NCBI GenBank assembly: GCA_030264375.1
Contig: JASCQW010000119.1
Coordinates: 31,586,991-31,650,990 of the forward strand
Length of the DNA: 64,000 nucleotides
Source of the DNA: Carcharhinus longimanus
Taxonomy: Eukaryota
Reading direction: 5' to 3'
Shown: positions 63,646 through 64,000 of the stretch, one piece after another
Layout of the letters: the number at the start of each line of letters is the position of its first letter
How positions within the stretch are numbered: position 1 is the stretch's first letter
The notes under the pieces: generated by a model
Told to the model about the DNA's origin: nothing
Seen by the model: only the letters and a program-made list of their open reading frames with translations
Databases searched by the model: none
Made by a program: the position numbers and the translations under genes

Positions 63646-64000
63646 CTGATGCAAAAATTCCACGTAATTACAGTGCAGTATAATTAATGGTATAACTCAC
63701 TTAGGATATTATTTCATGGAACTTCTTTCTTGGAACTTTAGTGCAATATTATTGGAAATTTCAGCCCAATATTGATCAATTATTGAATCAAATGATACCA
63801 GTAAGGTTTAATTTGTGAATGATGCGGGGTTTCACCCAGTTCTAATGAGCAAGCAATCAAGATATATGCATATTGGAAGCAATCCTCTTCATGTACCAAA
63901 TTTAAAAGGTCAAGTTTGGTGTCCAGGTCATACGGTCTACTGTTACTCTTATTTCTTGTGTTCTTTTTTAAAATCTTTCTTGGGATCTGGCTGTTGTTAG

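Overview
Eukaryotic vertebrate genomic DNA, most likely a shark or other elasmobranch judging from the repeat content (HE1-like V-SINEs, DeuSINE, CR1, L2, Rex1/Babar-like, RTE and Penelope-like elements). It is a draft assembly with N gaps. One protein-coding gene is supported: a ZNF217 orthologue on the minus strand. It has a CpG-rich putative promoter and first exon near 40.7-40.9 kb, a ~28 kb intron, a large first coding exon (12310-10546) and a 126-nt second coding exon (2859-2734) that the ORF track missed. The remaining exons lie left of the window. The other ORFs in the track look like noise or retroelement relics. The most interesting non-coding signal is two families of Penelope-type elements carrying minimal hammerhead-ribozyme motifs. 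One family is short and non-coding, is often palindromic, has 11-15 bp target-site duplications, and includes one copy with an intact core. The ZNF217 here also keeps an extra N-terminal ZNF516/ZNF536-like zinc-finger pair, with the second finger degenerate. All family names come from recalled motifs, not from database searches.
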